From an uncultured virus (IMG/VR IMGVR_UViG_2061766007_000422) (taxonomy: Duplodnaviria > Heunggongvirae > Uroviricota > Caudoviricetes), in IMG/VR virus record IMGVR_UViG_2061766007_000422: a stretch of DNA of 64,000 nt. One strand, written 5' to 3'. Each line of letters starts with the position of its first letter. Positions within the stretch are counted from its first letter, which is position 1. The translations under genes and the position numbers were made by a program. Below are positions 38,601 through 53,600 of this stretch, piece after piece. The notes under the pieces are model-generated. The model searched no databases. It had not been told where the DNA came from and was given only the letters and a program-made list of their open reading frames with translations.

Positions 38601-41600
38601 TTAACTCAAGGAGCCAGTAGTGTTGGTAGTATAGTTGGTGGTGCTCTTTCTGGTGGCTGGATGGGTGCTATTATGGCACTTGTTGGAGAATTGCCAAATA
38701 TTATTAATCTATTTAAAAATGTAACCGCAACCCAAACCGATTTTGAAAAACGATTAGAACACGCGAAAAAATTACAAGAAGAATATGAAAAGAATGTAGA
38801 AACTTCTAAACAAAGTGGGAAAGAAGCAAAACAATTGCAGCAAGATGTTGATAGGTTAAGAGAATTACAAAAAGAGCTGCAATGGTCTAATGAAGGAAAA
38901 GAAGAATTTTTAACATTACAACAAAAGATTGCGGATCAATATCCAGAACTTATTACTGCATATGATAAAGAGGGTGTAGCATTAGATCTTACTTCTACTA
39001 AATTGGATGAAATACTTAAAAAGAAAAAAGAAATTGCTGAGATAGATGCGCACAATACAGCAAATAGTTATTTAAAATTAGACGATGAAGCATTAGCGAT
39101 TGAGCAGGCATCGCAAACAGTGAAAGAAGAAGAAGATTCTCGTCGAGTATATACACAATATGCTAGTCAAATAAGTCAAAAAGCTGAAGCTTTTTTAACT
39201 GCAACTGAAAGTAATATAAAAATTGGTAATTTTTTACGTGATGAAATGGCAGATGCTTCTTATAGAGCGTCTTGGGGAAATATTGGTTTTTGGAGTAATC
39301 TTGTAGGTGCGGTTGGTATAGGACCATATTTATCTGCCGATGAATTACGAGCTAATTGGGGATTTGAAGAGGAGGTTGAAGATTCTTCTGCACTCACAAC
39401 ATTATTAGAGTCAAGTAAAATTAAACAGCAATATGAAGCTTGGATGAAAACTGATTTTAGTCATTTAGAACATCATTATATAGCTGGTTATACAGGAGAA
39501 GAATCAGATGTAGATTTAGATAAATTTTTATTATATATGTGGGGTCAATATGTTGAACAAAATACCCAAGGGATGTCTAGTGACCAGTTAAAGCAAGTTA
39601 ATTACGCGGATTTATTTGAAAAATTTGCAACTACTGAATTAAAAGGGTTGAATGTAGATGTAGAAAAATTGCGTCAAGGTCCTTATTATCAAATGATGGT
39701 TTCGACAACAAAGCAGTTAGCGACAGGGCCAATGGAAGCAATGATAGCAAAAGTGCCAGAATATGTCGAATTATATTATAAAAATACTGATTTTGATTCT
39801 ACCGTTGGAAAACTATATGCTTCACAACAAGCACAATCTCAAGTTAAAGAATTAATAAAAGCTCAGGGCGATGAAAAGTTAGATGAACAGTTAGAACGAG
39901 AGACATTTGTTACAAGCCAAGTAGATAAACTAATGGAATCTATTGCAAATCAATATGTTGAGAATAGTAAAACTTTGTATGAAGGAGTTAGTCAAGCTAC
40001 TCAAGATTTTGTGGAAAATAGCTTGTTGCCCAATATTGGTAAATATTCTAAAGATTATATAAAGCAATATGCTCAAGAGCATGGATTTAAAGATGAATTA
40101 TTGCAGACAATTTTAACTTATTCTGATAATGCTAATCAATTTGCAATAACAGAATATAATACAATGATAGAGGGGCTGTCAAAAGAAAATTCTAAATTGC
40201 TTGCGATATTTACTGAAGATTTAACAGAACTATTACCCGCTGATTTATTATATACTCTTACTAAAAATCGTAAAGCTTTTGAAGTGAATGTAAAGGATTT
40301 AGACGAAAATGCTACTGCTGAGTATACTAGTGGTTTAAATTATTTATTAAATTATATTGCTCAACTTGCAAAAACTAACCCAGAACAATATAATCAGATT
40401 TTAACAATTATTGAAGAGTATGGATTAGATTCTATTTTAGGTTTAGCGCAGATTCGTACTATTTTAGGAATTGACCATGAAGCATATGAACAGGTTTCTA
40501 ATATTATTGAGCATACTAATTTAACTGCTGTAGATTTACAATCTGCTGTTGATATAATGCAAAGCAAATATGAAACTTTTGAAAAAGAAATAAATAAAGC
40601 TATATCTGGCTTAAATGCAAAAGATATGCTTGCTATGGCAAATAAATATGATTTACAATTAGAAGATTTTCAATTTAAAAATGGTAAATATTATTTATCT
40701 AATTATGAAGCTATTTTAAAATATTATAATAAAATTCAATTAGATATAGCAGAATTACAAGAAAAAATTAATGCTGCAACAGAAGATGAAAAAGAAGGAT
40801 TAGAAAAAGAATTAGCCGCGTTAGAGACTACTTTATCACAATTTACTGATAAAATTGCTTTACAATATTTTGAAGAAGGACGGTTTTCAGAAGCATTAAA
40901 ATCTATTGATGCGCATTATAAAGAAGGTTTAAATGATAGTGAAATTATTCAATTAATAGAAAATCAAGATTATAATAAATTACCAAAATTTATACAAGAA
41001 CATTATTTGCCTCAAATTATAGACTATTTTAATACCATTAATAAAGATATTGTAGAAGTTTTTAGTAATGCTTTAAATAAAAAGGGTATACAAACTATTA
41101 CAAAAGAGCAAATAAACAGTTCTAATGAAGCATTTTTGCGTTCTTGGATAGGTAGCGGTATTGTTACTGAATTAGATACTGGTGATATGTTAATTGATAT
41201 GTCTAAAGCTTCTGTTGCTGATTTACAATTAATGTATCAACAAATTATGCGTGATGTTATCACTCTAACTCCTGAAGAGAAGCGGCAGTGGTTGCAAGCA
41301 ATAAATAATGAAATTAGTAAAAATCGAAATAAATCAAATGTTTTAAAAGAAGTTGTTGATTCTTATTCGGGTTTTGACGAAGAACTTGCAGAGCGTTATG
41401 CGGAAAGTTTAGGCAAAGATTTGCCCAAGGCTTTAAAAGATGGCACTATAATATTTAATGAGTTTACTCGGCAATATTCGGTTACATTAAATCAATTACG
41501 TCAACAGTTAAAAGAATTGAAATCTAATCCCGATGCTGATACTATTCAAATTGCTTCTATAGCAGATAGTATAGATCAACAATATCAAAAGTTATCAGAT

Positions 41601-44600
41601 ACTTTTGAACGATTGATTAATGGAACGTTAGAAAGCGCAGCGGAATATGAGACTTTTATTAGTGAGATTACTAGTAATTACAATATTTCATCTGAGGAAT
41701 TAAATGAGTTAATTTCAGAAAATAATGGTTTTTATAAATTTAATGATATAAACGATGATAAAGTTTTAAAAATTGCTACTACACTATCGCAAGCAAGTAA
41801 AATTGCGGGCGGAAAGGCTTTTAAGGCATTAACAGAATATTTAAGTAAATCCGGAGAAGCTTGTGAAAATATTTTTGAAACAATGATTTCAATTAAAAAG
41901 CAAGAAGAAAAATTAAAAAATTCTGCTGATGGCACTAATAAAATTTTAGAGCAACGTTTAGGTTTATATAAACAAATCGCCGCCGCGCAAATGGATGAAC
42001 CAGATAATTATAATTTTATGTCTGCAAAATTACCTGGCGCATTACAAAGTCCATTAACTTTTTGGGATAATTATCTTGAAATGCGCGAAAAAATTACAGA
42101 AGCGGGAAAAACCGGATATTTTAATGCAGATGATTTTTATCGTACAGTAAATACTTTAAAATCTTGGGCGAAAGAGTCAGGAAAAGAAATTGATTTTATG
42201 GGAGTTACCATTGGCGGTGAATTAGATAGGTCAGCCGAATTATTGCAGAAGGGTGGACAGAATTTAGTTAAAACCGATAATGGTATTGCTGTTGATTTAA
42301 CCGCGGCATTAAAGGGTTTAAGTACTAGTTTTGTAAAAGGCACTACGGATGTTGATAATAGCGTTCAAGATGGTATGAAGGCTTTTGCTGACTCGCAAAT
42401 TAAAATTATAGATGGATTAATTGGATATTTAGAAGTAGTTGTTGCTTTAGAGGATTTGGAAACAGAATCTAATAAAATTGATTGGGAACATATTTTTGAT
42501 TCTAAAGATATAGATGAAAATGGACAAAATTATGCGCGAGAAATATTAAAAGTAGCAAAAAATAGTGAACAAGCTAGAAAAGTATTGGAATCTACATTTT
42601 TAGATAAGGATAATAAAATTTCAGTATATAGTATGTTACAAGATTGGGCAAATGATGGACAATTTAATGATAAACAATATGCTGATGATGTTAAAGAAAA
42701 ATTTCAAAAAATAATGCAAAATTTAGTTGGTGTACTTAATTCCACTGATTGGAGCAATACTTCTGTAGGAGAAATTCAAGAAAAAATAAATCAATTATTA
42801 GGGCTTGATGGTGATGGGTTAGATGAAAAGCCAAAAGAAATACCATATAATCTAAATTTATCTGTTACTGCCGGAAAAATGGAATTATCAGCTACAGATA
42901 TGGAAGCTTTTACTAATTTAGTAAATTCATTAAATTTAGGTGACCATATTGCTGGTACTATTGAATTAGAAGACGGTGCGACAGTAGATTATAGTGTAGA
43001 TATTGATAGTGAAACTGGCGACGCTTTGATTGTAGTGGGAAATCAAGCCAAATATCTTCCCGCGGGTTGGACATCTAAAAGTTTATCTGATGCAGTTCTT
43101 GAGTGTGCGAATAATTATAGTAACAAAGTTGGAGCCGGCTCTATTGATAATTCCATTTCTACCGAAGCCGCGAACAATCCTATTGAATTAGATGATTCAC
43201 GCACTGGTTCTTATAATATTAATTTTACAACTACTGGAGTAAATGCTAGTTATGCTATGCCTGATGGACAAAAACCAACTACGGAGAGGCGCACTGCTAT
43301 CACGGCATGGAACGAATGGATTAGTGCTCATAATTTAGGGCCTTTAATAAAAGATTTAAAAAGTAAGGGCTTTAGTGAATTAGAAGTGGGCGAAGGCGGC
43401 CAATTACAAGCATATAATCCAGATGTAATTAGTTACGGTGGCGGAGAAGCGATTGCTGCGGGTTATATTGTTGAAGCAGATGGTACGGCAACCGCATATT
43501 ATAAGTATCCAGTTGTAGGTGCGCGTGGAAAAACTGTAATAAAATCTACTACAGATGCAGACGAAGCGACTGAAGGCTGGGAGAATTGGATTTTAAATTA
43601 TCAAGCAGATTTAGAAGAGATAAAAAATATCGGAGGATTTAAAGCTGTAAAAGATGCCGAAGGTAATAGTAATATAGTAGTAGAGTCTGAAACTTTTATG
43701 GCGGGGCAAAAAGTTGCTTTGAACTATACTTTTGATTCTACAGGAAAGGTTACAAAATCATACGCTTTACCGAATGGAACATCAACTACAAATGCGAATG
43801 AGGCAGAAGAAGCTTGGAATGAGGTAAAAAAATCTCGTGAAATGGCACAGTGGGCTCAACAGGTTTTGGGCATTCCATCAAAATTTTTTGGGACAAGAAA
43901 AATTACTACAAAAATAGGAGAGTCTGTTTCTGTTGTTATTCCTATCAAGGGTGGGCAAAAATATAAATTAGATTATATCGTAGATACTCAAACCGGTGAA
44001 GTGGGGCAAACTTTTGAGGGCGAGCCTGATGACAATAATGAAAAATTTCAAGCATGGGTTGATACGTTGCCTAATGCGGATACTATAAAAGATATGGTAG
44101 ATAAAGCGGCGGGCATAGAATATGAAACAATTCAAAATGAAGATGGTACTTCTTCTGCATCTATTAAATTTCAAGAACTTGATTTAGGCAATGGTGTAAA
44201 GGTAGATTGGAGTTTTGGTGTACAAAATGTAGGCACTCCTGAAGAAGCAGAGGCTGGCTTAAAAGAAGTTACCGGTCCAATTGCACAATTATACACTCAA
44301 TATCAAATTGCAGTACAAAATGCCGCCGCGATGGGAGAAGCAATTGATGTTCCTACTGATTTAAATATCACAATAACAGGTAGTGGAAAATATTTAATTA
44401 ATGAAGGTAAGGGTGTTAATGGCAAAGGAATAGGAGAATTAACAGAATCTCAATTAAAAGAATTATTAAATAGTTTAATGCCTTCAATTCCAACAGTAAC
44501 ACAGCCTGAAAATCCAGATCCTTTATTTAAACCAACAGAACTTGATGCTACTCATAAAGTAATAATTAAAACCGGAACTTCTTATTATAATGAAAAAGGT

Positions 44601-47600
44601 GAATTAATTGCTACTGATAATGATCCTACTTTACCAGAATTAGAATTAGAACAGATTGAATCTTTAGGAAAAATACAACAGGCAACTTCTTGGGAAGAAT
44701 ATGATAAGTTATATCAGTCGGCAGATAGTAAAATACGAAATAAAGAGAAAACAGCATATTCACAAAAAAAACAAAGATATGATGATTTATTACAGCTTGA
44801 GTTATTTAAAGCTCAACGATTAAATCCTGATGAATTACAATATTTAAAAGACAATTTTTCAGCAGAAGAATTATCATTTTATGGATTAAATCCAAATTTA
44901 TTGAAATATGATATAAATAAATTGCAAAAAAAGACATTTGATACATATAAAGAATATCAAGATTATTATTTAAGTTTACCTGAACAATTAAGAGATTGGG
45001 TTCCGATTGATATGAGTAAACTTACAGGATTTGACCTTCAGAAAGAATATAATTCAGCTCAAGATAAAAATCAAAAGCAAGAAATATTGGCTAAAGGCTA
45101 TTCGTTATATGGCAAAGATTTTTGGGAAGGTTGGGATATAGATATAGATGCAGAAGCAATAAAAGAAACAATAGAATCTAACGCTTCACGTGCGCAAGAG
45201 GCTATGGCAACATTATCAAATCCAAATTCTACAATGGAAGAATTTTCAGAAGCTTTAAAACAATATGATCAATATTCTTGGGCAAGTTCTGAAACTTTAG
45301 ATGATGGTTCTCTTAAAGAAATGCATTCCTTTGTTGAAAAGTATCAACAAATAATGACAGAGATAGAAGAATTAAAAAAGTCAGAGAAAGAAAATTATAT
45401 TTATACGGAAAAATATAAAGAATTATATGGTAAATTTATGAAGGGAGGATATAATGAAACTCTTGCTGAACCTAAGGAAAAATCGCTATTTACTATAACA
45501 GAAAAAGCTCTTAGTTCAGAAAAAGGATTACGTGATTTTTCTACTTCGCTTTTTGAACGTTCATATTTAGGAGAAAATCCTGATTATGATACATCAATAT
45601 ATACAGATGAAGATATGAAGATAATACAAGAAAGAATTGCAAAAATAAAAGAATTACAACGGGCATTAAAGATTTATGAAAAACAAGAAGGAACTTTGCA
45701 AGAACAATTGGCGGCGATAAACCTATTAAAATCACAAGGATATATAAAAGATAGCGGCAGAAAAGAAGAGTTGGAAAAACAAATAGATTGGGCTCAGAAA
45801 AAAATACCAACTGAATTAATAGATTCAGAAGGAAAATATCTTTCAAATACAAGAGAATATAAAAAATGGTGGGATAGTCTTTATGATACTGATAGAACAG
45901 TACTATCGAATTATGGCGTGCCGACTCCTTCTGATAATAATTATGCAAAAACAATAGTTAATGATATTCTGCCTGAAATTTCTAAAGCAGAAGATGATTA
46001 TGGTTATTTAGAGGAATTAAAAAATGCTATAAATAATTTAAAAAATCCAGAAGAATTTTTTGAAGAGCAAGATTTTAGCGATTGGTTAAAATCGCTTTAT
46101 CCTGATGAAGGGGACTTAGAAGAAGTAATAAAAACAGTGCATATGAATTTGCGGAAAATACTTGCTCAAGACGGTATTGATATTTTCAGTGCTTTAGGAG
46201 AAGGCGCTCAAGAAGTCGATTATACTGATGATATTGAAGCTTGTTTAACTGCAATTGAAAGTAATATACAACAATTAGCAGAAATTAATAGTCCTGCAAA
46301 ACGTTACATTCCATTTGGTAAAAGTATTGCCGAAGGTATTGGTGTTGGCATTGCTTCTGGTAATTTAACTCCTTATATTCAAAAGTTAATTAATAAGTCA
46401 TTAGGAAATATTACTGTTACATCAAGCGGCTCAGAAACAACTTTAGACAATTCTGCAACTGCTACAGGCAACGCCCAAGCTAAAGGCACTCTTATGGGTG
46501 AGCTTGGTCCAGAACTTTATGTTACTGGTGGCCATTATTATATTGCGGGACAAAATGGCGCAGAATTTGTAGATTTACCCAATGACGCAATAGTATTCAA
46601 TCATTTACAAACTAAACGCTTAATGTCTACGGGTAGTACAGGACGTGGTTCTGCCGTAACAAATGAGAAAAAAGCTACATCGTTTGCTACGGGTAATGTT
46701 GCTATGGCGTCTGCAAAAGACACTTTAGAATACCTTAAAGATTTACGTGCTTTCTGGGAAGGAATTAGAGATGCTTCACCTAAAGAACTAGCCACTAAGG
46801 GCGGTAGTAAAGGCGGTGGTAGCAATAATAATGGCATCAACATGCACGACCTAGACCGCTGGTATAACCTCATGCGCCAAATTGAGAAGGTAGAAGAACA
46901 AATTACCTATCAGCAAAAATTGCGCGAAAATATGCGTAATGGTAGTGGTTATATCAAGAGTATGGAATATGAGTTAGCATTACTTGAGAAAGAACAAGCT
47001 AACTATCAACTTCTTGCTAAACTCCAAAAGAGCTACTATGAAGCACGTCGTAAAGACCAAGAAAAATCCATTTATGGTAAAATTTTCACCTATGACTCTG
47101 ATGGTTTAATGCAATATCGTGATGGCGCTTTCCGCGATGCGCTTGCTAAAATGGAAGAGCAACGCACAACTGGCGTCATGAAATATACGAATGAGCAACA
47201 AAAGCAAATCCTTACAAATTACTTGCGCGCGCAAGGCGTAGGTCAGAAACAAATCAATGCTGAATTAAATTATAAGACTGACGGCACGAAAGTTAAAGAT
47301 ACTAGTGAGTGGATTGAAAATTTCTGGGATAAGTTTGATGGTTGGATTGAAGAAATGGATTCAATGTATGATAGTTACACTGAATACCAAACTAAAGTTC
47401 AAGAAATGATTGCTGAACAGAATAAGATTCTTGAAGAATATCGTGATTTACAACTTGACCTTGAGGGTCAATTGCTAAAAGCAATTGAAGACCGTGAACA
47501 GGCTGTAATAGATAAGCTTCAAGATACATATGATGCAATTAATGAATCTTCTCAAAAATACATTGATGGTTTAAGCGAAGCTCTTTCGCGCGAGCAAGAT

Positions 47601-48986
47601 ATGTATAATAGGAATCAAGAAAACCAAGAACTCACGCAAATGCAACGTCGTTTGGCTATACTTCAACGCTCTGGCGGCTCGGGTTCAGAAATTCTTTCCT
47701 TACAGAAACAAATTGAAGCGCAAATGCAAGATAGATATTTTTCTGAACAACAAAGTCAAATTGATGCGATTAAAGAAGCATCTGACGCGCAATTAGAAAA
47801 GTTACAACAACAAATTGATATTGCGCAAGAAACATTAGAGTATCAGAAAGAACACGGTTTATTCTGGTCAGAAGTTACTTCTATGATGCGCGAATGGACA
47901 CCCACACAACTTGCTGATTTTATTAAAACCAATTCTGCTGAAATGTTTGGTAAGAGCCCATTGGATGTACAAACTACAATGGAAAAGACTCTTATGGACT
48001 TTGAGAAATGGTATGAATTACAGAATCGTTTCGGTGCGTTTAATGACTGGTATGATAATGAAATGACTAATGATGTGTTGCAGAAGAAGTATGGTGTTAA
48101 TGTTAAGGATAAAGACGAACTTACTCGCACGAGAGCAATTGCAAAAGAGGCATATCAAAGGTATTATGCGGATGAAGTTTATGCAAAGAATTATAAGAGT
48201 GCTGAAGATGCGGCAAAGGCTGCGTTGTTGGAAGAGAAGAATCGGAAGGCGACAAAGACGGTTAATACTACTAAGAATTTAACCACTTCAACAAGTAGCA
48301 GTAAAACTAGTGCTAATGGTGTTTATCATACTAGAAAAGAAGTATATGATGCTTGGAATGCCGCCTTGAGAATATATAATGCTGGAATGGATAGCGGAAA
48401 TTTAACTCAAGTAAAAAAAGGATATAAAGAATTAAAACGAATATTCGATGGTTATCCCGCTGCGATGAAAGCAAGTAATAAACAATTACCTCATGGCTTT
48501 TATTATACTTATAATGGCGAGACATATTTAAATGGGCCTTTTGCTTCAAAAGCTGAAGCTGCTGGAGCAGCAAATCAATCAGTTGAATATTGGGTTCCTG
48601 ATGAAGATTGGAAAAAGGTTAAAGCATCAGTTACTGCTTATGATACTGGCGGTATAGTTGATAGAACCGGTCCTGCTATAGTCCACGCAAAAGAAGGCGT
48701 TTTGAGACCCGAGCAAGTTGAACAATTACGTAAACTAACTTCTTCTAACACCGATTCCATGCAATATAAACTCGCAGAATTACAACAACAATTGGCAAGT
48801 ATTGCGGTACCTTTGACTAATATTGCTGATAACACTAATAATTCTATTACTATTGAAAACGCAACAGTTGAAATGAATGTACAGTCTATCGCAAATGATT
48901 ACGATGCCCGTCGCGCAGGACAGCAGGCACTTGAAGAAATGTTAAAAATCGCGCGAAAAACTAGCGTTCAAAGTATAAGGAGGTAA
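35662..48986 (+). CDS. Tape measure protein, about 4,400 aa (spans N gap 36181-36203)
   Basis: TP901-type core (TRES..NIG.ALKSII.R, AG.RQ..RF.AL), coiled coils, GELGPEL, YDTGG; frame is open from the gap to 36303. Confidence 0.85.
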
Positions 48987-48992
48987 AGGAGT

Positions 48993-50607
48993 ATGACAGA
49001 ACAACAATATAGGGATTACATATTTTTTAAGAAAATTCCCAATCCCGCTTATCCAGATGACCCTGAGGCACCTGAAGAGATTACAGTCCAGATAGACCCC
49101 AATACTGAAGAGGGGCAGTCAACACGGGTTCCAATAAATACAATCAAACATAGCGATGTTTATCTCGCTACTCATGATGGGGAAGGCAATCGCCTTCCCT
49201 ATTGTGAGAGGTCATTTATAAGTTTTACTTATGGCGGNNNNNNNNNNNNNNNNNNNNNNNNNNNNNNNNNNNNNNNNNTGGTCACATCCAATGTATGCGG
49301 AGTTTAGCGATATTACTAATAATCCCGAAGTTTATGATGGTCAATTATATTGGGATACACATCATGGTGCCAATACTTGGGAATTACAGTTATCTACTGA
49401 TTGTATGACCGAGAAAAATTTAAATGATTTTAAGAATTGGTTTAAACCCGGTGTTATTCGTGAGTTAATACTCGCGGAGCACCCTAATCGCGCGATTATG
49501 GCGCGCGTAAGTGCTGCTCCCGTGATGTCGGTGTTACCTTTTGAGGAAGATAGTGAAGTAACACTTGGAAGCACTTCGTATAAAGTGCGGAGTACAGTTT
49601 ATAAGGGAGAGATTAGTTTAAGTTTTGTTATGGATTATCCTTTCTGGTGTGCGAAAAATAATACTTTAATTTTGCCAAATCCAGATATTACTTATACTGA
49701 TGGCGCTAATTATACAGGCAATTTTTCAGTTGAAGATAGTGTAAAAATAATTGTAGAAGATAATTTAGTAGTAGGAGAACATAGTAATATACAATTTATT
49801 GGTGATACTGGAGCTAGCGCGATAACATTGATTTCTGAAACATCAGTTAGTCCCGCGCCAACATATGGTTATATGTATTATGCTGGAACCGCGCCTTGTA
49901 GACCAATTATTGAATTTGATTTGACCCCTGAGGTAAATAATGCTGGATACATTGAGATACCACGTAATTCAATCGGCACAGTATCAGAACAAACCAATCC
50001 ATACAATTATATTAGATTTGAAAGTGAAAATAAATATGATTTGAATATTACAACTCCTGGTATCTATTCTACTTATAACTACGCGCGCCAGATACTTGAT
50101 GAATATGCAACGGGTGTTAGCTGGGAAGAATTGCGTATGGCATTTAGAGATTATCTAAAACGCTATGATGTGCGCGCGTTTATGATGCGCATTGTTGATA
50201 GATGTCAAAGTGGTTCTGAAGAAGCGGTTATTAGTTCTACTGATGTAACTAATATGCTTAATTGGATGCAAGATTATTTGAAAGACGCAACTAATCCGTC
50301 TATTCTCGCGTCTGCACACTATTACATAAATTGTGAGACTGGCCGCGCGCGAATTGAAGTAAATCATTGTTCTTTAGTTTATGATGAACTTCAAGATAGC
50401 TGGACTCCAACTTATGAAATAGTGGAGGAAGATGCTGGTGATATGTTAAAGTCTAAATACCTAAAATTAGAAGATAGAAATTATTTATTAGATAATCATA
50501 CTTGTGGTACTTGGGATAATACACATAAACAATATGCTTATTGTATTTCTACTAATTTCCCACAATTAAATAATTTCAAAGTATCATATAAAAATATGTA
50601 TTATTAA
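48993..50607 (+). CDS. Putative distal tail protein (spans N gap 49238-49278)
   Basis: Follows tape measure; FISFTYG..DGQLYW..GEISLSF..P.W. Confidence 0.6.
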
Positions 50608-50628
50608 GAGTGAAAGGAGGAGACTGAA

Positions 50629-53600
50629 ATGGACTTAAAACGTTCCTATGAAGTCTCTATTTGGTCGCTTCAGGACGAGTTTATAACCGTCCTGAAGCCT
50701 CTCGATGTTGAAAACATCGGACAATTAGAGAATAAGGACTTAGAATTAAAAACCGATGATGGTTTAAATCAGTATTCCTGTTCTATTCCTATGTATATTT
50801 ATGATGGCGCGAACCGCATTGAGAATCCAATATGGTATAATACGCTTAATGGTAATATTGTATCTAATTTGAGGAAGATTAAAATAATTCTCAATAAAGG
50901 TGAAGAATCTGAAGAAGTATATGAGTTTTTAATCATTAAAGTTGAAGAACGACACGATAAAGACCAACTTTATTGCGATATTACTTGTGAAGATTTAGCG
51001 TTTCATGAATTGGGGAAGCAAGGATATAAGATTTCATTATCTACTGACGTATTTTTAGAAGAATATGGCACTTGGGCAGATACAGACGGAGATATTGATA
51101 ATGAACCACATAGCACATTACAGTATTGGCTTAGTAAATTTTTGGCGCCCGTGCCAGAAAATCCAATTTCTACTGAATGGTATTATGATATTCAAATGAA
51201 TTGGGATGCTTATGCAGATGGCCCAAATCGTGACACTTCTAAAGTTTATGAGGAAGAATATACATCATCATGGGCGCTACAAGACGAGAAATTAGTCCCT
51301 GTTGCAGTAGAAGAGTATAAAGAAAAGGAACGCCTAGTAGATTTACAAGAAAGCAATATATTTAATCTTACGCAAGACCTCGCGCAAACTTTTGAAGTAT
51401 TCGTGCGCTATCAATATTTATATGACGATAATTATCATATTCGCGGCCGCAGGATAATTTTTTATAATAATTATTTGCGCGAAGCTGATGATCTTATTGA
51501 TATTTCATACCCATATGAAGCATCTCAAATAACTCGCTCTATTGATGCGGTAGATGTTACTACTAAAATGTATGTGCGGCCAGTTACAGAGGAATCTTCT
51601 GAATCGGGATTACTTAGCATTACTGAGGTTGACGCTAATAAAACTAAAGAAGATTATTTATTTAATTTTGATTATTTATATAGTATTGGCGCGATTACTG
51701 AAGAGCAATATGCTGAAATTCCTAAATATGAAGCATATATGCGCGCATATAATATTGAATTAGATAATTTAAAATCTTATATGGATGTGTTGGAAACTGA
51801 ATTAACTGGATTAGAAGCATCTAAAACGATTGTTGTTAATTCTATAAAATTAGACCAAGAACGTATTCAAGAAGCGCAAGATTTGTTAAATAGTTTAGAT
51901 GCTAAAGATAATAATATAGATGGCGCGATTACAATAGATGAATATCGGCCCGCAAGCGCAGTGCTTTTGGCACAAGAAAATAGTAATAAATATTATATAA
52001 ATATTACCGAACCTGGCATTAAGAGAGAAACTTTACATATTTATACTAAATATGAATATGTGGGTAGTAGTACTGGATTATCTGGTGAAATAAGCGGCAC
52101 TTTTGTAGATGATGAATTTGGTAATCTTATTCAGGTTAGAAATTTGGTTAAACCAAATAATATGGCTAGTTCTTTAGTATATATGACCTATACTTATATT
52201 CCTAAGTTGCAATATGAACAAGTAGAAAAAATTTGGACTATTAGATTGTCTAATGACCAGAAAAAACTTGATGCATTAGAAACAGAAATCACAGAAAAAC
52301 AAAATGCGCTTAATAGCGTAAAAGAGGATTATGATAGCACTTTAACTGCGAAGAAAGAACGTATAGATGCTTTCAATCGTATGATGGGGCCTGCTTTGCG
52401 CGAATCCTACTGGCAGCCAGATGATTATAAGGCTACGGGTGATAAATTCAATGATACTTTTTCTGTGGTATTTAATTCTGTAGAACCCATAGCAGGTGAT
52501 TCTGGATATACAAAATTTATATGGGATGAAGAATTATTTGATGATGAGCAAAAATCATTTTATAATATCAGTATTTTGGAAAGTGAAAGCCCAATTTATT
52601 ATCCCTGTATTGACTTATCCGGAAATATTACAATTGATGGGGAATCTGTCTCAAAACTTAATTATGTTCTTGAAAACTATGATAAAATAAGTTTTATGTT
52701 CTATGACTATATTGCTGGCGAATCAGACCCATATCAAATTAAATATTTTAGGCATTTTACTTTAGGTTCAGAGGCGCAGTTGGCTTTTGCAAAAGTAGGT
52801 AATAATATTAAGCCAGTTATTTTATTAACTGGGGCAGAAACCATTTCATTAGCTACCTTAAGAAATATGATAAATTATAAAGGCAATATACCAGAAGGAC
52901 AACCATTACAAGGACCGGAAATTGGTATATATACAGTTGATTTTGATGAGCAAACTGGTGAAATTGAAGAAAATATTGAAAGCGCTTTTGTTGTAACTTG
53001 GCTAAATTTAAATAGATATCAGCCTAAACCGAATACTGGAAATTATGATTTAACTAATGCTGCAGATTTTGACGCTTGGGCTGCGCAACAATTCGCTGAA
53101 CAAGACAACAATATAAAAATAATTGGTCTTGCTGAGCAGGAGGTTTGGGCGCTAGTCACATTAGTATATCCTCGTATTCAAATTAATTCAATGCTTTTAA
53201 AGAATGATGAGTCTTTATCGGTTCATTGCGGCGATACGTTAATAGAAAATTATGAAGATTATTATGTTTTAACGCGTCGAGTTGAATTAACCCCTGGAGA
53301 TGAAGAAGCTGACCCGCCAATTCTTCCTACTTATAAAGGTATGTATTTCTTAACTATTAAACCGCAAGTGTTTAGTAGCAATAATATTAGTTTTTACTAT
53401 ACTTTATCTAATGCTCAAACCGCGATTTATTTAGATGCGAAACAAGTAATTAAAGAAAATGCTTATCCTAAAGTAACATATACAATTACTCCTACTTTAA
53501 TACATAGAGATTTGCATTATACTTTATATAAACTATTAAATCGTATCGTTAATATTAATGATATTGATTTAAAATTTGATAATGTTCAAGGATATATTTC

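Noticed and set aside
24110..49278. Apparent frameshifts, splits or fusions in terL, portal/protease, tape measure and distal tail
   Set aside because: All coincide with N runs (24110-24140, 26491-26517, 27051-27077, 36181-36203, 49238-49278) of uncertain length, so they are sequence-gap artefacts.
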